Assembly: GCA_011389735.1 (NCBI GenBank)
Contig: JAABTS010000006.1
Span: 107-64,106, forward strand
From: Desulfobacteraceae bacterium
GTDB lineage: Bacteria > Desulfobacterota > Desulfobacteria > Desulfobacterales > JAABTS01
DNA length: 64,000 nucleotides
Direction: 5' to 3'
Shown: piece by piece, positions 28,910-37,424 of the stretch
How positions within the stretch are numbered: position 1 is the stretch's first letter
How the letters are laid out: each line of letters starts with the position of its first letter
Notes under the pieces: model-generated
What the model was told of the DNA's origin: nothing
Seen by the model: only the letters and a program-made list of their open reading frames with translations
The model's database searches: none
Made by a program: the position numbers and the translations under genes

Positions 28910-29296
28910 TTACATTGCCTCCTTAAGAAAAAGATTCTTAATTTCCATTGCCATTGCAAGAAAGATGCTCGCAACAACGATGGATAAGCCGATAAACAAG
29001 CCGATTAGGTTTACAAAATGATTTGAAATAAGAATAAAAATAATCAGACCACTGGCGATGAACCGTAAATAATACTTCGCCAGAACAGTCTGATACGCCG
29101 CCATATAAGGGGGAGTCAGGGCCTTTTTTAAAGTTCGGGCCAGAAGATGGAAATTGACCGTCACGATGAGGCCGCCGAAGACAATCCCTCGAACAAAATC
29201 CGCCTTCATGAATGACACCCCCAAAACCGATGCTAAAAACAACAGCACCCAATTCGTCCTGGTTATGAATATGAGCAGCCGTTTTTGAATTTCCAT
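28910..29296 (-). CDS. atpI: ATP synthase protein I (AtpI-like)
   Basis: This 128-aa protein with 4 TM segments lies immediately upstream of atpB. Confidence 0.6.
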   Translation of the reverse strand: MEIQKRLLIFITRTNWVLLFLASVLGVSFMKADFVRGIVFGGLIVTVNFHLLARTLKKALTPPYMAAYQTVLAKYYLRFIASGLIIFILISNHFVNLIGLFIGLSIVVASIFLAMAMEIKNLFLKEAM

Positions 29297-29300
29297 AATT

Positions 29301-29567
29301 TTACCTGAAATCTCCGCCGGATTTTTTCTCTTTTTCCGCCCTTTCTATCTTTGATATCGCATGCCATAAATTCCGAAAGCCCGCGATAACACCAAGAATC
29401 AAAAAAACAACAGTCAAATACGGGGTGGTGCCGAAAACCTGTTTATCCAGATATACACCGATTCCCAATCCAATAAACACTGAAAACGCAACGGACGGCC
29501 CGATACTTCCGAAATAAGCGTTTTCTTTGATTTTTCGTATTTTTTCTCTGTTCATTATAAGGATCAA
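29301..29567 (-). CDS. atpZ: AtpZ/AtpR-like small membrane protein
   Basis: This 88-aa protein has 2 TM segments (GLGIGVYLDK...VFLILGVIAGFRNLW). It is the first gene of the F0 cluster. Confidence 0.55.
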   Translation of the reverse strand: MILIMNREKIRKIKENAYFGSIGPSVAFSVFIGLGIGVYLDKQVFGTTPYLTVVFLILGVIAGFRNLWHAISKIERAEKEKKSGGDFR

Positions 29568-29741
29568 AATGGAAACGCCGTGTTTTAAGAAAAAAACCGG
29601 ATTCCCATTAAAGAAAAGCTCATTAACACATGATTTTTGTCAAGTCAATGAAAATTGAACCGGTTGTCTGAATTATTCTTATGCCCATGGTGCTTGAAAT
29701 TGTATACCGCATAATCCTTTCTGGTTCAACAATTATATTTA

Positions 29742-30004
29742 TATAGTCTTCCGGAAATCAAATTATACTGTGTTGTCGGCCCGGGATAAAGGAATAGTGG
29801 GGCTTGATTCCATTTCCGGCCAATATTTTTTCACCGCAAAGGCGCAAAGACGCAAAGCATTTACTTTATTTCGCCTTTGCGAACTCTGCGTCTCTGCGCT
29901 GAGTTTATTCAGCCGGCGGCGGCGGCCGAAAGTTAGAATCAAGCCCGGAATAGTGTTATCCCGCGCCGCCGCCCTGTGAAATCAAATATTTGAAAAATCG
30001 ATAG
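29742..30004 (-). repeat. tier-1 element interrupted at its apex by a tier-2 element
   Basis: The outer arms are tatagtcttccggaaatcaaattatactgtgttgtcggcccgggata and ttatcccgcgccgccgccctgtgaaatcaaatatttgaaaaatcgatag. Confidence 0.85.
29800..29946. mobile_element. tier-2 MITE-like insertion (147 bp) with perfect 11-bp TIR and 9-bp TSD
   Basis: The TIR is gggcttgattc / gaatcaagccc. It is flanked by ggaatagtg at 29791-29799 and again at 29947-29955. The cargo is a set of gcaaag-rich hairpins. Confidence 0.8.
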
Positions 30005-30375
30005 AACAAATTCCCATTTTTTCGGCGATATTGACCGCTTTTCAGATATTACATTTCAGTAACGAATTTTGAATTCGCATGGGGCCGCGATTTAAAAAAT
30101 CGCCTCGCATTCAGACCGAACAATTTATAAGGCGGACTGGAAAAACAGGAAGGTGCTTGAACTTATGCTGTTTTTAACCGTTTGACGGAAATTCGATACA
30201 AACCGCTGCGTCAAAACCTCTGCTTCGATAGGAAAATAGTATACCCGATAGTAGGATATTCCTAATCAGACAATACACGGCCCGCCCCATTGTATTTTTG
30301 ACGGCGTCCGTATAATTATAACAATAAAGGATCGGGTATATTAATAAACCAAAAATTAAAGAAGGGAGTGCGCAA

Positions 30376-30711
30376 ATGGAAAAGAAGAAATACACATTGA
30401 GAGAATTGAGCGAGGATCTGGACGTCAGTATCCGGGATCTTAAAAATTATATCCGCAAAGGCGTATTGAAAGCCAGGAAAGTGGGCCGGGCCTACGTCGT
30501 CACGATTGCGGATATCGACACGTTTATGGACAACCGGTTTCCTACACGGAATTACCTGTGTCCAAGCTATGACAAGTGTCTGGACTCCGCTGCAAGAGCC
30601 AATACGGAATTTAACTGTGCGAATTGCCGAAAGAATGTTGACACCGGAGTGTCTGCGGACGCTTTTTTGGTGATGGAAACCGGACTTCGCCAACCTTTCA
30701 CCATTCATTAG
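30376..30711 (+). CDS. HTH (excisionase/MerR-like) DNA-binding protein with a Cys-rich C-terminus
   Basis: It contains YTLRELSEDLDVSIRDLKNYIRKGVLKARKVGRAYVV (HTH_17-like) followed by CPSYDKC...CANC. A GGGAG RBS is present. Confidence 0.5.
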   Translation: MEKKKYTLRELSEDLDVSIRDLKNYIRKGVLKARKVGRAYVVTIADIDTFMDNRFPTRNYLCPSYDKCLDSAARANTEFNCANCRKNVDTGVSADAFLVMETGLRQPFTIH

Positions 30712-30737
30712 CGAACATAAAGGAGGAACAGGGATTT

Positions 30738-31205
30738 ATGAGTTCTACACAGTTGCCGGAAAATTTTAAAACTATTATCAAAAACACGGCGAACAAGTTG
30801 TCGGGCCCCCATCGGAGAAGGTATCTCGCTGAAATCACCATAGAGTTTTTCAATGGGAACGCCCGAAAAGCGGAGCGTGTTTTCGGATGGGGCCGAAAGA
30901 CAATTGAAAAAGGCATGAAAGAATTGAGGACCGGTATTATTTGTGTCGATAATTATTCCGCAAGAGGTAATAAGAAAACCGAAGAAAAAAACCCTCATCT
31001 CGTTTCAGATATTGACTCGGTTTTGGCTTCGGTGGAAAAGTCCGTTAAAAAGGAGCCGAATTCCCGTATCGCGGCGAAAATGATTCGGAGGGCCTTGATT
31101 ATGGAAAAGGGGTATATGGAAGAACAATTGCCCTGTGAAAAAACGATTTTGAATATTATTTCCAGGACCGGTTTGAAATCGAACAATCTGGAAAATCGTG
31201 TTTAA
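30738..31205 (+). pseudogene. N-terminal fragment of an ISAzo13-family-like transposase
   Basis: ...ARKAERVFGWGRKTIEKGMKELRTGIICVDNYSARGNKKTEEKNPHL resembles the N-terminal region of ISAzo13 transposases as I recall them. The ORF stops after 155 aa at the edge of a repeat block, and no DDE domain follows. Confidence 0.45.
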
Positions 31206-31215
31206 TTAAGCTGTT

Positions 31216-31489
31216 ATATTGGTTTACAGGAATTAGATTTCACAAAACGGCAGGTCTGGAATCATACTATTAATAGGGCTTGGTTCTAAGATCGGCCGGA
31301 GCGCCAGGGTTGCAAACCCCCTCTGAGCGGGTCTCTTGCTCTGAGCGGGTTTGTAACCCGCGACTTACGAAGCGCGATCTCCGGCTTTGGCGCTCCAACC
31401 CGAAAAATTATGGCCGAAATTAGAACCAAGCCCCTATTCGTATATCCCATGCCGACAACACCGTGAAATTTGATTTCCGGAAGGCCATA
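31216..31489 (+). repeat. tier-1 element interrupted at its apex by a tier-2 element
   Basis: The outer arms are ggtttacaggaattagatttcacaaaacggcaggtctggaatcatactatt and cgtatatcccatgccgacaacaccgtgaaatttgatttccggaaggccata. Confidence 0.85.
31276..31433. mobile_element. tier-2 MITE-like insertion (158 bp) with perfect 14-bp TIR and a degenerate 9-bp TSD
   Basis: The TIR is gggcttggttctaa / ttagaaccaagccc. The flanks are ctattaata (31267-31275) and ctattcgta (31434-31442), identical at 7 of 9 positions. The cargo differs from the 29800 copy. Confidence 0.75.
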
Positions 31490-31490
31490 T

Positions 31491-31540
31491 TCGTATCTTC
31501 CAGGCTGGCAATGCAGGAAAATTGAATTTCCGAAAGGCTT
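31491..31540 (+). repeat. solo B-arm of the tier-1 element
   Basis: The sequence is cgtatcttccaggctggcaatgcaggaaaattgaatttccgaaaggct. Confidence 0.5.
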
Positions 31541-31602
31541 CCGAAAGGCAATGGATCGGTTTATCTCCCGTAAATCGAAGAGTTACAGGCGCCCGCCGGC
31601 GA

Positions 31603-31708
31603 CTATAGGTTTTCAGAAATTAAATTTCACAAAACGGCAGGCCCGGAATCATACTATTCGTATATCCCATGCCGACAACATCGTGAAATTTAATTTCTGG
31701 AAGGCTTT
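31603..31708 (+). repeat. tier-1 palindromic element, full length, uninterrupted
   Basis: It is near-identical to the outer arms of the 31216 copy: ctataggttttcagaaattaaatttcacaaaacggcaggcccggaatcatactattcgtatatcccatgccgacaacatcgtgaaatttaatttctggaaggc. Confidence 0.9.
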
Positions 31709-31977
31709 ACCTGAAATACATTTGCGTGAGGCTGGATAAATTTCCGCCGAAGCGCATGGGACGCATGGTAAAAGAATACTTCTAAAAACCTTTACAAATC
31801 CCCCCTTATCCTTTATAGGAACGGCTGTACCTTTTCAGGCGGAGATTTGACTTGCCGCCTTCCGGAATATAACCTCGTATCGCCCCGGGCGGCCGTATGG
31901 AGAAATTCAATCGGCGAGCCCCTGAATGTTACGGTTTCTGCATTGAAACGCCTTGTCAGATGGCGGATTAAAGATTT

Positions 31978-32664
31978 ATGGACGCTTTGAGCATGAGTTA
32001 CGGAAATGATAAAAAATTGATTTTGGTGCTTGCAACCCGGAACCCGGGAAAGACATCGGAAATAGCCGCTCTTTTAAAGGGCTATCCGGTTACTATAAAA
32101 AACCTGGACGATTTCGGCCCTATACCCGAAATCGTCGAAGATGGAACCACGTTTGATGAAAACGCTTATTTAAAATCAAGCTTTGTATCCCGCATATTAG
32201 GTTACCCGGCTCTCGCGGACGATTCCGGAATTTGCGTTAAAGCCTTGAACGGCGCTCCCGGGGTTTATTCGGCCAGGTACGCCGGCGAAAACGCATCGGA
32301 TGAAGCACGATGCAATAAACTGCTGAGGGAAATGAAAGGTAAAACCGATCGTAACGCCGTCTTTGCGTGCGTGATTTCCCTGGCCGTTCCCAGCGGCGCC
32401 GCATTGACTTACGAAGCCAAATGCGAGGGCGTCATCACAGACAAGCCCTCCGGACAAAACGGGTTCGGCTACGATCCTGTATTCTATTACCCGCCGCTGG
32501 GAAAAACTTTCGCTGAAATGTCCGCTGCTGAAAAAAACGCCGTCAGCCATAGAGGAAAGGCGTTGAATGAGTTAAAAGATGAGTTTGATAAAGTGATACT
32601 CTGGATAGATCAACACACACCCTCTGCAGAAAGGATAGGATGCACAGCAAATTATGATGATTGA
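31978..32664 (+). CDS. rdgB: non-canonical purine NTP pyrophosphatase (RdgB/HAM1 family)
   Basis: The motifs are LVLATRNPGKTSEI, DDSGICVKALNGAPGVYSARY and GFGYDPVF. Confidence 0.88.
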   Translation: MDALSMSYGNDKKLILVLATRNPGKTSEIAALLKGYPVTIKNLDDFGPIPEIVEDGTTFDENAYLKSSFVSRILGYPALADDSGICVKALNGAPGVYSARYAGENASDEARCNKLLREMKGKTDRNAVFACVISLAVPSGAALTYEAKCEGVITDKPSGQNGFGYDPVFYYPPLGKTFAEMSAAEKNAVSHRGKALNELKDEFDKVILWIDQHTPSAERIGCTANYDD

Positions 32665-33241
32665 AGATTTAATTCGAAAAAACCGCAGTTGCCGACGTTT
32701 TTACCAGAATCAGCCGATAAAAATGCAAATACTTGAAGGGTTTGTGAACCTTGCGAGATTATCTCCCTCCGCGGGGAATCTTCAGCCATTGAAATACGTG
32801 CTTTCCTGTGATCCGAAAACGAATGAGCAAATTTTTTCCTGTCTTAGCTGGGCGGGCTATTTAAAAGAGTGGAAACATCCGGAAGAAGGCGAGCATCCGT
32901 CGGCGTATATCATCATGCTCGGCGACACCACCATCGCGAAAGAATGCGGAATCGATTGCGGGACCGCGGCGCAAAGCATCATGCTAGGAGCCCGAGAGAC
33001 CGGGCTTGCGGGTTGTATTATCGGATCGATAGATCGGGATAAGTTGCGCAATATACTTGATATCCCATCGCACCTGGAAATTCGGATCGTCCTTGCCTTC
33101 GGAAAATCCAAGGAACATATCGTGATCGAAAGCATGTCGCCGGACGGCGATGTTCGATATTGGAGAGACGCCAAATCGGTTCATCACGTACCCAAAAGAG
33201 ATCTCAATGATATTATCGTTGATCGATTTTTGGATAAATGA
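32654..33241 (+). CDS. nitroreductase family protein
   Basis: It begins with IRKNRSCRRFYQ and contains PSAGNLQP. Its size is about 195 aa. Confidence 0.8.
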   Translation: MMIEDLIRKNRSCRRFYQNQPIKMQILEGFVNLARLSPSAGNLQPLKYVLSCDPKTNEQIFSCLSWAGYLKEWKHPEEGEHPSAYIIMLGDTTIAKECGIDCGTAAQSIMLGARETGLAGCIIGSIDRDKLRNILDIPSHLEIRIVLAFGKSKEHIVIESMSPDGDVRYWRDAKSVHHVPKRDLNDIIVDRFLDK

Positions 33242-33456
33242 ACAGGAATGCTGAATATGAATATATGGAAACCCTTCATGCGGAAAATGTCGTGGTTCGC
33301 CGGCCGCCGGTTTGTTCTGATTCAATTCCCTTATTGATATGTGTTCATGAAAAGTTCGGATATTTCTTGTTTTTTTGCTGGAAATAGGGAGTGATAAGGT
33401 CTAAAGAGGGGGTATCGTAAGGATACATCTTCTCAGATGTATTATTTAAGAAGGCG

Positions 33457-33577
33457 ATACAGCCTTCCGGAAATTAAATTTCGCTGTGTTGTCGGCCCGG
33501 GAGATACGAATAGTATGTTCCCGTAGTATGATCCCGGGCCTTACGCCTTGTGGCTTTTAATTTCTGAAAACCTATAG
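33457..33577 (-). repeat. tier-1 palindromic element, full length (extra ~12 bp at the apex)
   Basis: The sequence runs atacagccttccggaaattaaatttcgctgtgttgtcggcccgggagatacgaatagtatgttcccgtagtatgatcccgggcc...cttttaatttctgaaaacctatag. Confidence 0.85.
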
Positions 33578-33638
33578 CGGTGAATTCTTGAATGGGCGCG
33601 AATAAAAAAACATATATATCAAAATGGAGGGAATCGAG

Positions 33639-35603
33639 ATGTTAAAACTGAAAACGGGAATCGATATCGTAAGCGATATAGGGGGTGTTTCAAATTACGA
33701 ATCGGCGATCGAGGTTTTCCGCAACAAAACGGACGATATGCATTTTGCGAGAATTCAGCGAATTGATCATTCGGAAATCGTCGTCAGAATGGCCAACGCT
33801 ATTGTTTTATGCGAACCGGACTCGGTTTTTATCAATACCGGATCTGAGGCCGACAAACAGTTTATCCGTGATCTGGCGATCTCCAAAGGCGAGGAAAAAA
33901 AGCTGCCGATGGACGGCCATACCATTCATTACGACCTGAAAGAAGAACAGGGCCGCATTATCGATAGAACCTTTTATATCGCCAATCCCGGCGAAGAAAT
34001 CAGTTCCCTGGCGAACCGTAAGGAGCGTGACGACGCCTATAACGAAATCAAGGAAATTATGGGCGGTATCATGAAAGGGAAAATCATGTTGGCCGGGTTC
34101 TATATTCGAGGGCCGGCCGGATCGCCGGTGTCAAACCCGGCTCTGGAAATCACCAGTTCCGCTTATGTTATGCACAGCGCTGAAATCCTGTATCGGAACA
34201 GATTTGATCAATTCAACGAGGAAGTAAATCGCGTCGGCCATTATTACGCCAATTTTCACAGCGAAGGATTGAATCGTTCGGAAGATCTTCCCAACGCCAG
34301 AGTTTTTATGGACAGAAGCTATCGAACCACCTACAGCATGAATTGCACTTACGCCGGCAATACGCTCCTCATGAAAAAAGGAAACCACAGGTTCTCCGTC
34401 GATAAATCGGTATATGAAAATCGGGGGAATGAACTGTCGGAACATATGTTCATTACCGGAATGCAGGGAGCGGGCGGCAGAGTAACCTGGTTCACCGGCG
34501 CGGCGCCTAGCGGATGCGGCAAAACCACAACAGCGATGGCCGGCGATAACTTTGTGGGCGACGACCTCGCTCAAATGTGGATCGCCGAAGACGGTTCCAT
34601 CCGGTCGATCAATCCGGAATGCGGCATTTTCGGCATCGTAGAAGACGTCAACTGGGAAGGCGACCCCAAGTTGATGGAACGGCTGCGGAATCCGGGAACC
34701 GAAGTGATCTGGTCGAACGTATTGATTGATGAAAACGGCGTCCCGCAATGGACCGGCAATGGCGAACCCGTTCCGTCAAGGGGAAAGAACTTTCAGGGCC
34801 AATGGGAAAACGGCATGACCGATGAAAACGGCAAGGCGGTTCCCATGTCTCACCCGAATTCAAGATGCACCCTGTCCGCCTCGGCCCTGTCCAATTGCTC
34901 GGATGAACTGGAGAAACCCGAAGGCGTGGAAACCCGGGTCGTGACCTATAGCGGCAGGGACAGCGACACCATGCCGCCTGTATGGGCCGCTGTCGATCCC
35001 GATTACGGCGTGGCCATCGGAGCCTCCATCGTATCCGCAGCCACGGCCACCGAAGTCGGCGCAACAGGCGTCAAACGCGCTCCGTGGGCGAACGCCCCCT
35101 TCATTCCCGGAGCGCTGGGCGATTACATGGACGCGCAATTTAAATTTTACGGAAATCCAAAAATTGCAAAGGATAAACGACCTATCCTCGCCGGCTTGAA
35201 TTATTTTTTGACCGACGCAGCCAGGGGCGGGACATCCAATAAACTTCTCGGCGAAAAACGGGACGTCAAGGTCTGGCTTTCATGGCTCGAACGGCAGGTG
35301 CATAAAGATATTGGGGCCATTGAAACGCCTATCGGATATATCCCTAAATACGAAGATTTGAAGCTTTTGTTCAAAGCTTTGATCAACAAGGAATATCCCG
35401 AAGATCTGTACAACAAACAATTTTCGTTGTATCTCGACAATATTATCGGCAGAATACGGCTTCAGCGCGAAGCGTTTAAAAAAGAAAAGAATATTCCTGG
35501 TCGTTTTTTTGAAATTCTGGATCAACAGGAATTGGGACTGAGCGCCCTTCGCGAACGGTTTGGCGCCGTGATTACCCCGGCCCAACTCGAAACGGCCGAT
35601 TAA
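33639..35603 (+). CDS. pckG: phosphoenolpyruvate carboxykinase (GTP)
   Basis: It has the kinase-1a-like motif AAPSGCGKTTTAM and SHPNSRCT, and is about 650 aa. The ATG at 33639 follows GGAGGG. Confidence 0.85.
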   Translation: MLKLKTGIDIVSDIGGVSNYESAIEVFRNKTDDMHFARIQRIDHSEIVVRMANAIVLCEPDSVFINTGSEADKQFIRDLAISKGEEKKLPMDGHTIHYDLKEEQGRIIDRTFYIANPGEEISSLANRKERDDAYNEIKEIMGGIMKGKIMLAGFYIRGPAGSPVSNPALEITSSAYVMHSAEILYRNRFDQFNEEVNRVGHYYANFHSEGLNRSEDLPNARVFMDRSYRTTYSMNCTYAGNTLLMKKGNHRFSVDKSVYENRGNELSEHMFITGMQGAGGRVTWFTGAAPSGCGKTTTAMAGDNFVGDDLAQMWIAEDGSIRSINPECGIFGIVEDVNWEGDPKLMERLRNPGTEVIWSNVLIDENGVPQWTGNGEPVPSRGKNFQGQWENGMTDENGKAVPMSHPNSRCTLSASALSNCSDELEKPEGVETRVVTYSGRDSDTMPPVWAAVDPDYGVAIGASIVSAATATEVGATGVKRAPWANAPFIPGALGDYMDAQFKFYGNPKIAKDKRPILAGLNYFLTDAARGGTSNKLLGEKRDVKVWLSWLERQVHKDIGAIETPIGYIPKYEDLKLLFKALINKEYPEDLYNKQFSLYLDNIIGRIRLQREAFKKEKNIPGRFFEILDQQELGLSALRERFGAVITPAQLETAD

Positions 35604-35619
35604 GGATTATTAAAAAGAC

Positions 35620-37350
35620 TTGACGCTTCCGATATTAGACTGGACGATACTTGCCGCCTATCTGCTGTTCAGTATTTGTATAGGCGTTTATTTTTCCAAA
35701 CGGGCTCAAAAAAGTGTAGAAGACTATTTTGTATCCGGGAGATCTTTGCCGTGGTGGCTGGCGGGAATGACCATGATCGCTTCCGCCTTCGCCATCGACA
35801 CGCCGCTTGGGATTACCGGGCTTGTGGCCAAAGACGGCATTTCCGGAGTCTGGTACGCATGGTCGTTCGTTCTGGGAGGCGCCGGCGCGCTTGGCGCCTT
35901 TATATTCGCTCCGCTGCTGAGGCGTTCGCATATCATCACGACCGCCGAACTCATCGAACTTCGCTATGACGGGCAGGCGGCCGCTTTTTTGCGTGGATTC
36001 AAGGGCGTCTATTTCGGAATATTCGCCAACGCCGTGACTCTGGCCTGGATTATCAAGGCGGTCTGGACGGTTGCGGAAGTGGTGCTGCCGGGTGTCAATC
36101 CGCATTTGCTCATCTCGGGCATTCTCGCGTTCACCCTTTTTTATACGGCCATGTCCGGACTGTGGGGTATCGCGGCCACTGACTTTTTGCAATTCCTGAT
36201 CGGATCGGCCGGCTCCATTGTGCTGGCGGTGTTCGCATGGAACCATATCGGAGGCGTTTCCAATCTTATCGACGCGTTCACCGTTAAATACGGCGCTGAA
36301 AACGCGGCGGAACGGCTCAGTTTTATTCCTTCAGTCGGAAGCCCCTTTTTTGTGACGTTTATTGTGTTTATCACCCTTAAATGGTGGGGGAACCCGCCGC
36401 CGGCCATCACTCAGCGAATTATCGCGTCAAAGACCGAAAAGCACGCATCGTTCGCGACCATGTTGTTCGCCGTCGTCGCGTTTGGATTCAACTACTGGCC
36501 GATGATCTTCGCGGCTCTGGTGTCCCTGGTCGTATATCCCGATCTGGTTCATCCCGAAACCGGTTACGTAAAACTGATCGTAGATCTGCTGCCGTCTGGA
36601 TTTCTGGGGCTGATGCTGGCGTCCTTAGCCGCCGCCTTTATGTCCACGGTCGATACCCATATCAATTTCGGCGCTTCATACATGGTCAACGACATTTACC
36701 GCCGGTTTCTCAAAAAAGGCGCGACTGAACAGCATTATGTCAGGGCCTCTCAGGCGAGTACGGTTATCATGTTGTTGATCGCGGTCGCTATTGCTTATAA
36801 TCTCGATTCCGTAAGCAGCGCCTGGTATTACATATCCATGCTTACTGCGGGCTACGGCATTGTTATCGTGATCCGATGGTTCTGGTGGCGCGTGAACGCC
36901 TGGGCCGAGATTGCGGCCCTGGCGGCGTCGGGAATTCTGAGCACACTTCTGTCGCCGAAATTCGGAGAATTGATAGGGTATTGGGATCACATCCCCCACC
37001 TGGAATGGCAGTACCGCTTTTTGATCGTGGTGGCAGGTTGCACGGTGTCCTGGCTGATTGTCTGTTTTCTCACCAGGCCGACCAATGAAGAGCATCTTAA
37101 AGCTTTTTGTGAGAAAGTGAAACCGTTTCCGACGTTTTGGGGGCCTATCTATTCGAAATACCCGGATCTGGGATGGAATCCCTATATTATCCGTTCATGC
37201 TTTCACTGGGCGGCGGGCGCCGCCGTGGTTTATGCGTTTTGTTTCGGCGTCGGCAACCTCTTGTTTCTCAATATAGCGGCCGGCGCATTTTCAATAGGCG
37301 TTTCGATTGTTTTATCCTTTGTCATTTTTCGCACCTGGAAATGCGAATGA
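35620..37350 (+). CDS. sodium:solute symporter (SSF) family transporter
   Basis: It has about 13 TM segments and the SSF-type N-terminus LDWTILAAYLLFSICIGVYFSKR...DYFVSGRSLPWW. It uses a TTG start. Confidence 0.8.
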   Translation: MTLPILDWTILAAYLLFSICIGVYFSKRAQKSVEDYFVSGRSLPWWLAGMTMIASAFAIDTPLGITGLVAKDGISGVWYAWSFVLGGAGALGAFIFAPLLRRSHIITTAELIELRYDGQAAAFLRGFKGVYFGIFANAVTLAWIIKAVWTVAEVVLPGVNPHLLISGILAFTLFYTAMSGLWGIAATDFLQFLIGSAGSIVLAVFAWNHIGGVSNLIDAFTVKYGAENAAERLSFIPSVGSPFFVTFIVFITLKWWGNPPPAITQRIIASKTEKHASFATMLFAVVAFGFNYWPMIFAALVSLVVYPDLVHPETGYVKLIVDLLPSGFLGLMLASLAAAFMSTVDTHINFGASYMVNDIYRRFLKKGATEQHYVRASQASTVIMLLIAVAIAYNLDSVSSAWYYISMLTAGYGIVIVIRWFWWRVNAWAEIAALAASGILSTLLSPKFGELIGYWDHIPHLEWQYRFLIVVAGCTVSWLIVCFLTRPTNEEHLKAFCEKVKPFPTFWGPIYSKYPDLGWNPYIIRSCFHWAAGAAVVYAFCFGVGNLLFLNIAAGAFSIGVSIVLSFVIFRTWKCE

Positions 37351-37424
37351 AAAACATTGCATAATTATGAAAACCGGCGCATCTTTGAGTTGACAGCAAC
37401 CCTCCTAATATCAATATTTAACCC

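Noticed and set aside
29770-29979. 69-aa ORF (..FFTAKAQRRKAFTLFRLCELCVSALSLF..), and the similar 46244..46738 (164 aa) and 31470..31739 (89 aa)
   Set aside because: These ORFs are translations of the tier-1/tier-2 repeat sequences (gcaaag-rich hairpins). The same peptide-like strings recur wherever the repeat occurs, and none has an RBS.
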